From assembly GCA_000165345.1 (NCBI GenBank), contig CM000435.1:32001-96000 (forward strand): a stretch of DNA of 64,000 nt. The letters are read 5' to 3'. Shown in pieces: positions 48,687-58,844 of this stretch; positions within the stretch are counted from its first letter, which is position 1, and each line of letters opens with the position of its first letter. The notes under the pieces are model-generated. The model saw only the letters and a list, made by a program, of their open reading frames with translations. It was not told where the DNA came from and did no database searches. A program made the translations under genes and the position numbers.

Positions 48687-50885
48687 TTATATTTCTCCTT
48701 GGTCTGTGTATACTATTTTCCCTGGAGGGTCATAATTGAATTTTGGCTCGATTTTCATAAGTTTTTTGAGAATTTCACATGCTCTTTCATCTTCAGGAGA
48801 CATATTCTCCATATTTTTGCGGGGGCTTTGTATCTGGTTCTTTTCATGAACTTGGTTTTTCTCTCCCAAGGTATCTAGATTTCCAGGTTGAGTAACTCCA
48901 TTATAAGGTTCTTCAATTTGATCATTTTGGCTCATCTTAGAAACTTTATTTTCATTATTTTCATCGAAGGCGTTATTTTCTTCTTTGAATTCCAAGTTAA
49001 GGGGGATCTTCTGATCAGTATTGGAGTTAGAAGTTTGCTCGATCTCATTCTTCAAATCTTCCTTTAGGGGTTCTAGAAGCTTTTCATGAGTAATAACTAT
49101 AATATTCTCTCCATTTTCGTGCTCTTGTGGCTTTAAGTGCAATTCCAATGTCGAAGCCTTCTCTTCACCACTTTGGTCGGAACGGACTGCAACATTTCCC
49201 GCCTGGTCATGTGGAAGTGCATGCAATTGCATGCTAAGGCTATCCTCGGATTTTGGTAGAATGGCGGGACAGTGTTCTGAAGGTGATTCGGGCATACAAT
49301 TAGAACCACATGGTTTTTTTCCGGAAATATTTTCAGGGGGGGTTTGTTGCGATGCGGAGAGGAGGGGGTTTTGATGCAAGGAGTTTATTTCAATATCTGG
49401 ATTCTGAGTCTGGTTCTCAACTTGTCTATGTGAGAATTCAGTATAGCTTGGCGAGATTGTTTGAATTTGACACTCCTCATGAGCTTCTTTGTGAGCCAAT
49501 TCTGCTGTTGTAGAAGTCTCTGTAGTTATTTGTACCTGCGTTTGATTTCTGGATTGCGTAGAGCTGGTAGAAAGTACAGTATTATTTTCATCATTTTGGT
49601 CTTCATCAGAATTACTAGAACGTTTGAGGTCTGAAATAATGATAAATGACTCAGATGTATTGTTTACACTAGAGTTAGAAAGATTTTCCGTAAATTCGTG
49701 ATCGTTTTCTGGTATTGTAGCCTCCCTTAAGCATTGAACTGGATTTATTGAAAAATCTGGGATGTTCTGGCGACCTGAATTGATCAAAGCCTGTTCAATA
49801 ATGCCTTGTTTTTCATCAAATGAAGATTCTTCTGACTGCTTAATTCTATAAAGATCAAAAGAGTAATCTTTAACAAGCAAATCTTCTCTAGGAATTTCAT
49901 CTAACTGAGGTTCTAGTTGCTGTTGATCATTGCCTTTGTTATAGCAACTATCTTTATCCTTATCTTCGTCCCCGTGTAAGAAATCTTTCGATATAACTTC
50001 ATGTTCTTCTTTTAAATTAAACTGGATCGTTTCTTTTCCATTATTATTTTGAATGATTACCTCTATATATGTAATGTTTCCATGGTGAGGCTTTGAAAAT
50101 GATACCTCTTTTTCTCTGAGAGGAATATCGTATAATGGACCTGCAGCAATATCACATCCTAGTAAACCCTTGCCTCCCCAGCCCGAATTAGGAGTTATAA
50201 ATATCTCCCTAGTAACTTCAGTCTCGGTGTTATATACAACAAGAGATAAAGGGACTTTATCATTTTTCTTAACAAATACTAAGAAGTCGTCAGTTGAATA
50301 GAATGGTCTCATTAATGTGCTGCTTGCGACTATGTAATCTTCATTTGATATCAGTCCAGCGGCCTGAGCAGGAGATGAATCTTGAATATTCACAACTCGA
50401 ATCCCTTTTGTAGATATTTCTTCCCAATGGACTCCAATACCGAGCCCAGATATTCGCTCATCGTAACTTAAGAATTGGTAAACTCTAAGGGAATTCAAAG
50501 GAGCATCAAATTCAACCATATTAGACTCAATCCCATCAACAAATGCATTCTTTCCTAGCCCATCCTTTTCAGATTCGACTGAGAATCTCCTATTAGGTAT
50601 ATTACCCTCATTATTTTCATTGTGTTTATGTGGATTAAGTATTATAGTTCTTATTCTGGTCGACAAAGAATTGTAGATATTTATTTTTACTTGATGCCTT
50701 CCAATCCCTTTCAATCTTTTCAAAAAAAAGTCATGAGAAGCATCTGAAACCTGAGTTAGAGGAACTCCATCAATCCCTACAATATAATCAAAGCTTCTTT
50801 CCAATTCTAAAAGTCTTCCAAGACTATTTTCTCCGTAATTGCATACGCGAAACCCTCCAAGTTGTTTGGTTTGCGCACCTCCCAT
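48687..50885 (-). CDS. GRASP (Golgi reassembly stacking protein) homolog with an N-myristoylation consensus and a long disordered C-terminus
   Basis: 732-aa ORF with an ATG start. N-terminus MGGAQTKQ fits MGxxx(S/T). Tandem PDZ-like GRASP domain (FDYIVGIDGVPL...QVKINIYNSLSTRIRTIILNP; second domain GLISNEDYIVASST...VPLSLVVYNTETEVTREIFITPNSGWGGKGLLGCDIAAG). The remaining ~450 aa are S/E/N/Q-rich and low-complexity. Confidence 0.7.
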   Translation of the reverse strand: MGGAQTKQLGGFRVCNYGENSLGRLLELERSFDYIVGIDGVPLTQVSDASHDFFLKRLKGIGRHQVKINIYNSLSTRIRTIILNPHKHNENNEGNIPNRRFSVESEKDGLGKNAFVDGIESNMVEFDAPLNSLRVYQFLSYDERISGLGIGVHWEEISTKGIRVVNIQDSSPAQAAGLISNEDYIVASSTLMRPFYSTDDFLVFVKKNDKVPLSLVVYNTETEVTREIFITPNSGWGGKGLLGCDIAAGPLYDIPLREKEVSFSKPHHGNITYIEVIIQNNNGKETIQFNLKEEHEVISKDFLHGDEDKDKDSCYNKGNDQQQLEPQLDEIPREDLLVKDYSFDLYRIKQSEESSFDEKQGIIEQALINSGRQNIPDFSINPVQCLREATIPENDHEFTENLSNSSVNNTSESFIIISDLKRSSNSDEDQNDENNTVLSTSSTQSRNQTQVQITTETSTTAELAHKEAHEECQIQTISPSYTEFSHRQVENQTQNPDIEINSLHQNPLLSASQQTPPENISGKKPCGSNCMPESPSEHCPAILPKSEDSLSMQLHALPHDQAGNVAVRSDQSGEEKASTLELHLKPQEHENGENIIVITHEKLLEPLKEDLKNEIEQTSNSNTDQKIPLNLEFKEENNAFDENNENKVSKMSQNDQIEEPYNGVTQPGNLDTLGEKNQVHEKNQIQSPRKNMENMSPEDERACEILKKLMKIEPKFNYDPPGKIVYTDQGEI

Positions 50886-51212
50886 TTATTATGTGAGAAT
50901 ACTGAAGGCTCTCAAATCTGGGAAACACTATAAGTAGATTTAACAATAATGATAATATTAAGAATGAGAAAGGTTCTAAAGATATTTTTTTTCAAGTGGG
51001 GAAAATAGGTGTCAACAAAATCAGTTCCTAAAGGAATATTTCAAAGCCAATACTCTAGGAACAATTTATTTGTCGTAACCTTAATCAGTCTAATCTCTAT
51101 ATTCCTCACCTTTATAACGCACTAAATCACCTCTTTTCTTACAAATCATTATTCCTTAATATAATTATTAGTGAGCACTAAATGGCGGCACAATTCTAGC
51201 GCCACTAACATG

Positions 51213-52337
51213 TTAGATTTTTAATTTCTCAAAATCAATTTTGGGAGCGACTAATTTTGTAATAGAAGCTCTTTTACCTGTGAGAGCATTTCCAAGAGGG
51301 ACTACAACCTCTGCATCCTCAATGAAGTCATTTTTATCAGGGACTAGATTATTTTTCGATATATCAGTGTCCAATAGATTGGAGTTTGGATCATCGGAGT
51401 TGGAAATACCAGAATTAACAATAATTTTGGCGGGATTTTTGTCGAGAGTATTATTATTGGCTTGTTTTCTTCTCTCTTTAATAATTTTGGTGACTTTTTT
51501 ATGGACTTCAATCTCGCGAATACAAACCATCATAGCATCCATGAACTGTGTAGGGAGGTTTTCTATAATTGTAGTTTGCCCCGATTTGTTTCTCCTTGTG
51601 AATATAATTTTAGATCTACCATAGTCCCAATACCCATCCCTAAGGTCTTTTGCAAATATTATTCCTTTCTTTTCTGATTTTTCACCTCTACTAACTTTAA
51701 GGTCACTCTTTGTGTAGTAGGATAGAAATGCAATGGGGTCAGTTCCATCCATGATGAAAAATCTTACTTTATTTGGAGAAATATGTGAATCCCAATTTCC
51801 TACTAGTTTTACAGCAACACAACCTCTTTTTCCTATATCCCAAGCTGTGTGGTAGCCCATTATAATATCTTCTGGTATATACTCTCCTTTGGGAATCCAT
51901 GCTGTGCTTCTAATTTCATTCATCTCTTCTGGACTTAATGCGGCAATTTCTTCTCCTCTTTGAATTTGCTCAATTTCGTCATGCAAAAAATCGGGATTGT
52001 CATCTTCATTTGCTTTATGTCTCATCCTCCTATTTCTTATTCTCTGTCTAAATCTAACATCACCTAAATTAGAATTATCCGTACTACCTTTATTTTGGAA
52101 TATTTTAAGTTTATCTTGAATAATGCTATCAAACTTATTTGAATTTGAGGTTAGAATTGCATTAGGATCTAACTTCATATCATCATCTTCGTCAACAGAA
52201 AAGTCATCATCATCTCCGTAAAAGTCATTCCAATCATAATCTCCACTATAATATCCTTGTACATTTGCTAAAATTTTATTAACAGAGGCAGATTCTGAAG
52301 CATGGGCTGAATTACTATTATCCAAAGTATTCTGCAT
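51213..52337 (-). CDS. Hypothetical protein: acidic N-terminus (DDDDFSVDEDDD), then a globular ~150-aa C-terminal domain of unrecognised family
   Basis: The ORF-track start at 52343 is a TTG. The first ATG is at 52337..52335 (MQNTLDNS...). The C-terminal domain reads ...GCVAVKLVGNWDSHISPNKVRFFIMDGTDPIAFLSYYTKSDLKVSRGEKSEKKGIIFAKDLRDGYWDYGRSKIIFTRRNKSGQTTIIENLPTQFMDAMMVCIREIE. It may be a PH/RanBD-like fold, but I cannot confirm that. Confidence 0.4.
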   Translation of the reverse strand: MQNTLDNSNSAHASESASVNKILANVQGYYSGDYDWNDFYGDDDDFSVDEDDDMKLDPNAILTSNSNKFDSIIQDKLKIFQNKGSTDNSNLGDVRFRQRIRNRRMRHKANEDDNPDFLHDEIEQIQRGEEIAALSPEEMNEIRSTAWIPKGEYIPEDIIMGYHTAWDIGKRGCVAVKLVGNWDSHISPNKVRFFIMDGTDPIAFLSYYTKSDLKVSRGEKSEKKGIIFAKDLRDGYWDYGRSKIIFTRRNKSGQTTIIENLPTQFMDAMMVCIREIEVHKKVTKIIKERRKQANNNTLDKNPAKIIVNSGISNSDDPNSNLLDTDISKNNLVPDKNDFIEDAEVVVPLGNALTGKRASITKLVAPKIDFEKLKI

Positions 52338-52540
52338 CTTCAAAATATATTCAAATCTCTAAAATCTATAGAGACTTTAATTCTCTTTAAATTCCACTCC
52401 TATATCTTATTTTCTTCAGTTATTTCATTTAGATTCATTATTTTTAATTAGATTGCTTGTAATAGAAATTCCAAAAAATGTGTGCCAGCCCGCCAAAACC
52501 AAACCATTATAAATACAACATAAATAGTATAAACTGCATT

Positions 52541-53039
52541 ATGACAGATTGGGAATCACTTTTACTAGAGAGAGTCAAAAAAAGGGATCAGCCAAGTATC
52601 TCTGACCTTCTAGAGCTTTACGGATCGTGTAAGTAATTTTTTCTTTTAATTTTTAAGCCTTTTAATAACTTACTTCCTTCTTGATTTGGCGTAAATTACA
52701 CTTTTTATTCTCATTTTTTTTTCTCCTCAAATAGATACTGATCTAAGGAAAAGGTTCATCTCAGCTCAACCCTGCAACTCATCAACTCCTCAAAATAGGA
52801 AAACAACTCACACTAAAAATTCTAGTACAAGCACTGAACAAGTCCGTTTCCTACAAGCAAAACTTTCACAACTACAGCAAGAGCTCACCAATTCATATAA
52901 GAATAAACTCAACTTTGATGATTCTATTGGCAAACTCCGTGAGAAAATTGATAAGTTAGAAAGTGAAATTTCAGAAAAAGACAAAACAATTAGCAAACTT
53001 GAGAGAACAATTTCCCACTTGCAGTCTAATAAACTGTAG
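52541..53039 (+). CDS. Two-exon gene for a ~130-aa Atg16-like protein (Atg5-binding-type N-helix plus coiled coil): join(52541..52628, 52735..53039). Absent from the ORF track
   Basis: ATG at 52541. Exon 1 encodes MTDWESLLLERVKKRDQPSISDLLELYGS. Its GTAAGT donor is at 52629..52634, and reading through hits TAA immediately. The 106-nt intron ends in CCTCAAATAG, and exon 2 resumes in phase: YTDLRKRF...EQVRFLQAKLSQLQQELTNSYKNKLNFDDSIGKLREKIDKLESEISEKDKTISKLERTISHLQSNKL, ending at TAG 53037..53039. The N-terminal spacing W-x10-RD followed by I.DLLELY parallels the ATG16L1 Atg5-binding helix (W..H...QL.RRD....Q.FEEIILQY). The remainder is heptad coiled coil, as in yeast-type Atg16. Confidence 0.45.
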
Positions 53040-53590
53040 ATTAGTTATATATTAATTACAAACACACAGAAACGCATGAACAAGACTTCAATCTTTCCTT
53101 TATTTCAGTCTTAAAACGATTATTACAATACTTTTTAACTTTTGCCCCTCAACCGCTCTCCACCCAAGAATAATGCCCGCCTAAACATTAATTATTACTA
53201 ATTCAAATATATATATTAGTGGTAACTAATAAATTTAAGAGGGGTTGGATAACAAATTAATGGCCCACATAATTAATAATAATTAGTGATAAGTATTAAA
53301 GAAGAGAGGTACCATATTATTGTTGACACACGTCTAATAGCGGTTATTTTTTAATATAAGATATTTTGCTATATACTAATTCAAAGCACTGTTTAAGGAT
53401 ATAATCAAAGATACTATTTAGAGCTATAGACTGAATAATCATAAATTATTCTAATTATATATATTATTAAATATAGATTTTATTTAAGTTATATTAATTA
53501 AGCGTTTTAACCCCTCTTAAATTTTCCCCCAAAGAAAAATTACCCAACATTAATATTTCGAACATTTCAGTTTTCTTAAAGTTGGAAAGA

Positions 53591-55558
53591 ATGAAGTATT
53601 TGAAAGCTATCATCTTCTCAGTTTTTCTGAGTTTATTTTTAGCCTTCCCAGTTAGATCTAGTGATGAAAAGAAGTACGACGGACCAGTTATTGGTATCGA
53701 TTTAGGTACTACTTATTCATGTGTTGGTATCTACAAGAATGGTAGAGTAGAGATTATTCCAAATGAACAAGGTAATCGTATTACACCATCATATGTATCA
53801 TTCACTGATGATGAGAGATTGATTGGTGAATCAGCCAAGAATCAAGCTACTATCAATCCAGTTCAGACTTTGTTCGATGTAAAGAGACTTATTGGTCGTC
53901 GCTTTAAGGATGATTCCGTCCAAAAGGATAAGACTTTGCTACCATATGAGATTATTAACAAAGATAGCAAGCCTTACATACAAGTTTCTGTTAAGGGTGA
54001 GAAGAAGCAATTAGCCCCAGAAGAGGTTTCAGCTATGGTCTTGGTCAAGATGAAGGAAATTGCTGAGGCTTATCTCGGTAAGGAAGTAAAGCATGCAGTT
54101 ATTACTGTCCCAGCTTACTTTAATGATGCTCAGCGTCAGGCTACCAAGGATGCTGGTGCTATTGCCGGTTTGAATGTAATTCGTATTATTAATGAGCCAA
54201 CAGCAGCAGCAATTGCTTTTGGTTTGGACAAGAAGGCTGAGAAGAGCATTTTAGTATACGATTTGGGTGGTGGTACTTTTGATGTTTCTCTCTTGACCAT
54301 TGATAACGGTGTTTTCGAGGTCGTTGCTACAAGTGGTGATACCCATTTGGGAGGTGAGGATTTCGATCAGAGAGTTATGGACCACTTTATCAAGATCATC
54401 AAGTCAAAGACAGGAAAGGATGTAAAGTCTGACAAGAGAGCCCTTCAGAAGCTTAGGAGAGAGGTCGAGAAGTCAAAGAGAGCTCTTTCTTCAGCTCCAC
54501 AAGTTAAGGTCGAGATTGAAGGTTTGATGGAGGATGTAGATTTGAGCGAAACCTTGACCAGAGCTAAATTCGATGAGTTGAATGCTGACTTGTTCAGAAA
54601 GACTATCGAGCCAGTTAAGAAGGTTTTGGAGGATGCTGGAATCAAAAAGTCTGAAGTAGATGAGATCGTTTTGGTTGGTGGTTCTACTCGTATCCCTAAG
54701 ATTCAAGCCTTGATCAAGGAGTTCTTTGATGGAAAGGAGCCAAACAGAGGAATTAACCCAGATGAAGCCGTCGCTTATGGTGCTGCCGTACAAGCTGGTA
54801 TCTTAGCAGGTGAAGGCGGTAGTGATTTATTATTATTGGATGTTACTCCTTTAACTTTAGGTATTGAGACTGTTGGTGGAGTTATGACAAAGCTCATTGG
54901 TAGAAACACTGTTGTTCCAACCAAGAAGAGCCAAGTTTTCAGTACTTACCAAGATAATCAGCCAGCTGTACTTATCCAGGTTTATGAGGGTGAGCGTCCA
55001 ATGACTAAGGATAACAATCTCCTTGGAAAATTCGAGCTTTCTGGAATCCCACCAGCTCCAAGAGGTGTTCCCCAAATTGAGGTTACTTTTGAAATTGATA
55101 CTGATGGTATTTTACAAGTTAGTGCAAAGGATAAGGGTACTGGTAAATCTGAGAAGATTACTATCACAAATGATAAGGGTAGACTCTCACAGGAAGACAT
55201 AGAGCGTATGATTAAGGAGGCTGAGCAATTTGCCGAAGAAGACAAGCTTGTTCGTGAAAAGGTCGATGCCAAGAACGCACTCGATAGTTATGTCCACTCA
55301 ATGAGAATGAGCATTGAAGATAAGGACAAACTCGCTCAGAAACTCGAGGAGGAAGATAAGGAGAAGATCAAGGAAGCACTCAAGGATGCAGAGGACTTCC
55401 TCAGCAGCAATCCAGATGCTGATGCTCAAGAGATCAAGGATAAGCTCAAGGAAGTTGAGGGTATTTGCAACCCCATTATTGCTGCTGTCTACGGTCAAGC
55501 TGGAGGCGCTGCTGGTCATGCAGGCGGCGACGACTACTCTGGCCATGATGAACTCTAA
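53591..55558 (+). CDS. BiP: ER-lumenal Hsp70 chaperone BiP/GRP78 (HDEL-terminated)
   Basis: The ORF-track start at 53582 is a TTG. The ATG is at 53591. Signal peptide [23 protein letters not shown]. Hsp70 signatures are present: [37 protein letters not shown]. The C-terminus is ...GHDEL with a TAA stop. Confidence 0.95.
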   Translation: MKYLKAIIFSVFLSLFLAFPVRSSDEKKYDGPVIGIDLGTTYSCVGIYKNGRVEIIPNEQGNRITPSYVSFTDDERLIGESAKNQATINPVQTLFDVKRLIGRRFKDDSVQKDKTLLPYEIINKDSKPYIQVSVKGEKKQLAPEEVSAMVLVKMKEIAEAYLGKEVKHAVITVPAYFNDAQRQATKDAGAIAGLNVIRIINEPTAAAIAFGLDKKAEKSILVYDLGGGTFDVSLLTIDNGVFEVVATSGDTHLGGEDFDQRVMDHFIKIIKSKTGKDVKSDKRALQKLRREVEKSKRALSSAPQVKVEIEGLMEDVDLSETLTRAKFDELNADLFRKTIEPVKKVLEDAGIKKSEVDEIVLVGGSTRIPKIQALIKEFFDGKEPNRGINPDEAVAYGAAVQAGILAGEGGSDLLLLDVTPLTLGIETVGGVMTKLIGRNTVVPTKKSQVFSTYQDNQPAVLIQVYEGERPMTKDNNLLGKFELSGIPPAPRGVPQIEVTFEIDTDGILQVSAKDKGTGKSEKITITNDKGRLSQEDIERMIKEAEQFAEEDKLVREKVDAKNALDSYVHSMRMSIEDKDKLAQKLEEEDKEKIKEALKDAEDFLSSNPDADAQEIKDKLKEVEGICNPIIAAVYGQAGGAAGHAGGDDYSGHDEL

Positions 55559-56010
55559 AACTAAGGTTGTAAGAGGAACTCCTGTTGCCCTTCATTTTTG
55601 AATTAACTAGGACTAGTCATATTAAGTAATAAACTTTTTTTCAAGAAAATTTTTTTATCTTGCAAATTTTCTCTCAGGGTCTTGTCCACATAAATTCTCG
55701 TGCATGCATTTCATGCAAACTGACTTATGTGGGTTGCATGGCTTTCTCAACGGTATATGACACTTTTGGGCGCCACACACAGTATGTGGAATATGAGCGC
55801 GTTAGTCAGAATTAATAATGTTTTTTGTGGTGGGTGAAAATAGACTAGAGAATTACGTAATACTGAACAGAATTAATATAGCATTATAAAAATGTGTGTG
55901 AGACGCAGTGTTTGGTCTAAATAATTGCAGTCTTGATTGTGAAGGAAAAGAATACAAAACTGAGGGGGGTGGGGAAAGGTAAATTTTACACATACAACTA
56001 ACTCCAATAA

Positions 56011-56066
56011 ATACATATATACATGTATATGTACATATATATGTATACATATATATGTACATATAA
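56011..56066. repeat. Microsatellite of (TA)n with interspersed TGTA/CATA units
   Basis: atacatatatacatgtatatgtacatatatatgtatacatatatatgtacatata, flanked by a G-rich tract (GAGGGGGGTGGGGAAAGG, about 55965..55980). Other simple repeats: (TA)8(TAA)7 at 42300..42335; (AT)12 followed by T17 at 62315..62354. Confidence 0.7.
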
Positions 56067-56606
56067 TATTCAGAGAGAGGAAAACGGTGAGTTTGGAGTA
56101 AAATAGGCAAGATAATAAAGGTATTTGTTTTCAATTCTGTCTAAAGTTACCGTTTTTTGCTCTGGGTTTAAGAATTAATTGTTGAGCTATAAGCAAATTA
56201 CCTCATTGATGAAAGTTTAAGAGGATAGAAGAAGAAATCGAACATATTTTTATCCCAGAAAAAAAGTAGATTAGTGATTATTTGTCAGAGTTATAATCAT
56301 ACAGCTTTTGAAAAAAGAATCAGGTAAATAATGCAACATAAGTAAAATTTGAAGTTACTAATTAAAAACTTTTGGATTAAAAATTATATGAATTTTATTG
56401 CTCTTTCAAGTAATACCAGCAAATATATTTAAATAAAATATCATATTTTCGTTTATTAAGGGCGATCTCTATAGTTTTTTAAATACAGATATTGGGGGAA
56501 ATACTCATTCGGAGATTCCCGTTAACAGTTAAAATATTTCGATATATACTAACTATTACAGGCTTTAAATCATATTCACTTGTCAAAGCCGCAAGAATAT
56601 AGAGAA

Positions 56607-58442
56607 ATGGCATCAATATTATCAAGTTTCTCCTCTCAATATAATGAACTATGGAAAGCAATCATAAGACCTCCAAGAGACAGATATAGTATTCGTGATT
56701 TAGGCCCAATGCGTTTTGCAATTGGAAAGTCAATATTTAAGAGATCAGACTTCACTCTAAGAAATCGTCGCTTCCAAGCTCTTCATTGCAGTCATTTTGA
56801 GCCTATTGATAATGAAAGGCAATCTGAGTCTCTTCCTTGCGTAATTTACCTTCACGGAAATTGCAGTTCAAGGAGAGAGGCTCTTCCATATATTCCGTTA
56901 CTTCTTCCAATCGGAATTACTGTTATGGCTGTCGATTTGAGTGGTTCTGGTCTCTCTGATGGAGATTATATAAGTTTGGGATACCACGAAAAAGATGATC
57001 TTTCAGTCTTGGTTGAATACTTAAGAAATTCAAAACGATGTAGCTCTGTTGGGGTTTGGGGGAGGTCCATGGGAGCTGCTACTGCATTAATGTACTCAGG
57101 AGTTGATAAGGGTGATGGATTCTTAAAAGGGATTGTCATCGATTCAAGCTTTTGCAGTCTTCGCCAGTTATGCCATGAGTTGGTTCATCATTATATCCCA
57201 TTATTACCCAATTTTCTTGTTGATTCTGCACTTTCATTTATCAAATCTACAATTAATGATAAAGCAAAGGTTAATATTGACGATATTGCTCCAATTAAGT
57301 CTGTTGGTCAATGCAAGGTCCCTGCTTTGTTTATTTCTGGAACTAATGATACATTGGTTAATCCAAATCATTCAAAAACTTTACATGATAACTATGCTGG
57401 AGAGAAGATGCTTATGATCATCCCCGGTAATCACAATTCTGAGAGACCCAAGTTTGTTAAGGCATCGATCGTCATTTTCTTTTATACAGTATTTGATTGC
57501 TTCAATATTCCAAAATCTGCAGATGCTTTGAGGTCTTTTATAAATACGGACTTGAACCTTCTATTCAACTATGATGGACTGTATTGCGATGAAAATGGTA
57601 GAATTCCAAAGCCAATCACTCAATCTTTTTATGCTATTCAGCAATACATAAGGCACAAAACTACTAACAATGTCTCTGCTCCTATTAATAATGGATTACA
57701 AAAGAAGAATCTTGGATTTAGTAAGGAACATCTGAGAAGAGAAGACATGATTAGATCGAGTTCGAATGAATCTTTCAATGACCAAAGTCAAGGCAAAGGA
57801 ATCCAAATGCGTCCTCCAGATGTTGACAAATACATTGATCGTATGATTCCTTTAAGCAGTGAAAATATTAAGCAATCTTCATCTACAATATATTCTACTG
57901 GTGCTTCATGCTCCAGAAGTACTACTTTTGAGACTATTAGCCAGGGGTTTGAGAGGGGTGACACAATGAATACTGTAAGTTCTTTTGAGGAATTTAAAGA
58001 TACTTTTAGCCCTGTAACACAGCCAAATAGGCCATCAGGTGCAGAAAGCGGTATTGAAGAGAGGGTAGTTGGGGCTGAATTTGGGTCAGACCATTTAGAA
58101 GGAATAGTTCATTATCAAATCTCTCCTCCACCTGGAATGAAGCATGCTAACAATAATAATAGTGATAATCAACAACAGTATTTTAACCAGAATCAAAATA
58201 TTCATCAACATTCTCCTTCGTACCACCCGTATGGTCTTAACCAGAAGGGGGTTACTTATACTAATGGTGCCATAAGTAATGGAGCTAATAGTTTATTGCT
58301 TTCTACTGGAGGACTTGCTCCTTCAACTATAGGTATGAGCTCAGTTCAGCATCAGGCGCCAACAGGAGAGGGAGTCAAAAAACCAAGTATTGCTTCAAGT
58401 TTACCAAAAAGGGTAGCTAATTATAACTACCCTGGGAATTAA
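56607..58442 (+). CDS. Alpha/beta-hydrolase fold serine hydrolase with a Q/N/S-rich low-complexity C-terminus
   Basis: The ORF-track start at 56580 is a TTG. The first ATG is at 56607 (MASILSSFSSQYNELW...). Features: HG-oxyanion-type CVIYLHGNCSSRREAL, nucleophile elbow GRSMG in VGVWGRSMGAATALMYS, and a downstream Asp/His region (ISGTNDTLV...IPGNHN). The last ~250 aa are low-complexity. Confidence 0.6.
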   Translation: MASILSSFSSQYNELWKAIIRPPRDRYSIRDLGPMRFAIGKSIFKRSDFTLRNRRFQALHCSHFEPIDNERQSESLPCVIYLHGNCSSRREALPYIPLLLPIGITVMAVDLSGSGLSDGDYISLGYHEKDDLSVLVEYLRNSKRCSSVGVWGRSMGAATALMYSGVDKGDGFLKGIVIDSSFCSLRQLCHELVHHYIPLLPNFLVDSALSFIKSTINDKAKVNIDDIAPIKSVGQCKVPALFISGTNDTLVNPNHSKTLHDNYAGEKMLMIIPGNHNSERPKFVKASIVIFFYTVFDCFNIPKSADALRSFINTDLNLLFNYDGLYCDENGRIPKPITQSFYAIQQYIRHKTTNNVSAPINNGLQKKNLGFSKEHLRREDMIRSSSNESFNDQSQGKGIQMRPPDVDKYIDRMIPLSSENIKQSSSTIYSTGASCSRSTTFETISQGFERGDTMNTVSSFEEFKDTFSPVTQPNRPSGAESGIEERVVGAEFGSDHLEGIVHYQISPPPGMKHANNNNSDNQQQYFNQNQNIHQHSPSYHPYGLNQKGVTYTNGAISNGANSLLLSTGGLAPSTIGMSSVQHQAPTGEGVKKPSIASSLPKRVANYNYPGN

Positions 58443-58844
58443 CTTAACTTAATTAGAGTTTTTCTTAACTTTTTTTTGATGTTCTTGCGATTAGACTTCA
58501 AATGGGTTTTTGAAAATTATTCAAAGCTATTGAAATTGGGGTCTAATTGGCAACTTTCTAAGCGTTAATTATATGGATAGTTGTTTCAATACTATTAATA
58601 GCGAGATGAGCGGTGTTAGTGATTTGTGTTTTTTTCTTATTTTTAGATTTGTGATTTTAATGATTTTATTGGGCTCAGTGTGATTAGGAGATGTTGCTGT
58701 AGAGGGGAGGGGGGTTTGTGTAAGTGGATTTTTTGTTTGTGACGGAAAAAATTACGGGAGAGGAAAAAATAGAGGAAGAAAAGAAATAGAGGTTAGGCTT
58801 ATAGTGAATAAAATGTAAATAGGAATTAGGGTTTATAACAGTAA

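Noticed and set aside
58381-58392. GGCGCCAAC inside the hydrolase CDS scored as an E2F-like site
   Set aside because: It lies in coding sequence (…HQAPTGE…) more than 1.7 kb from any start codon, so it is most likely a chance occurrence.
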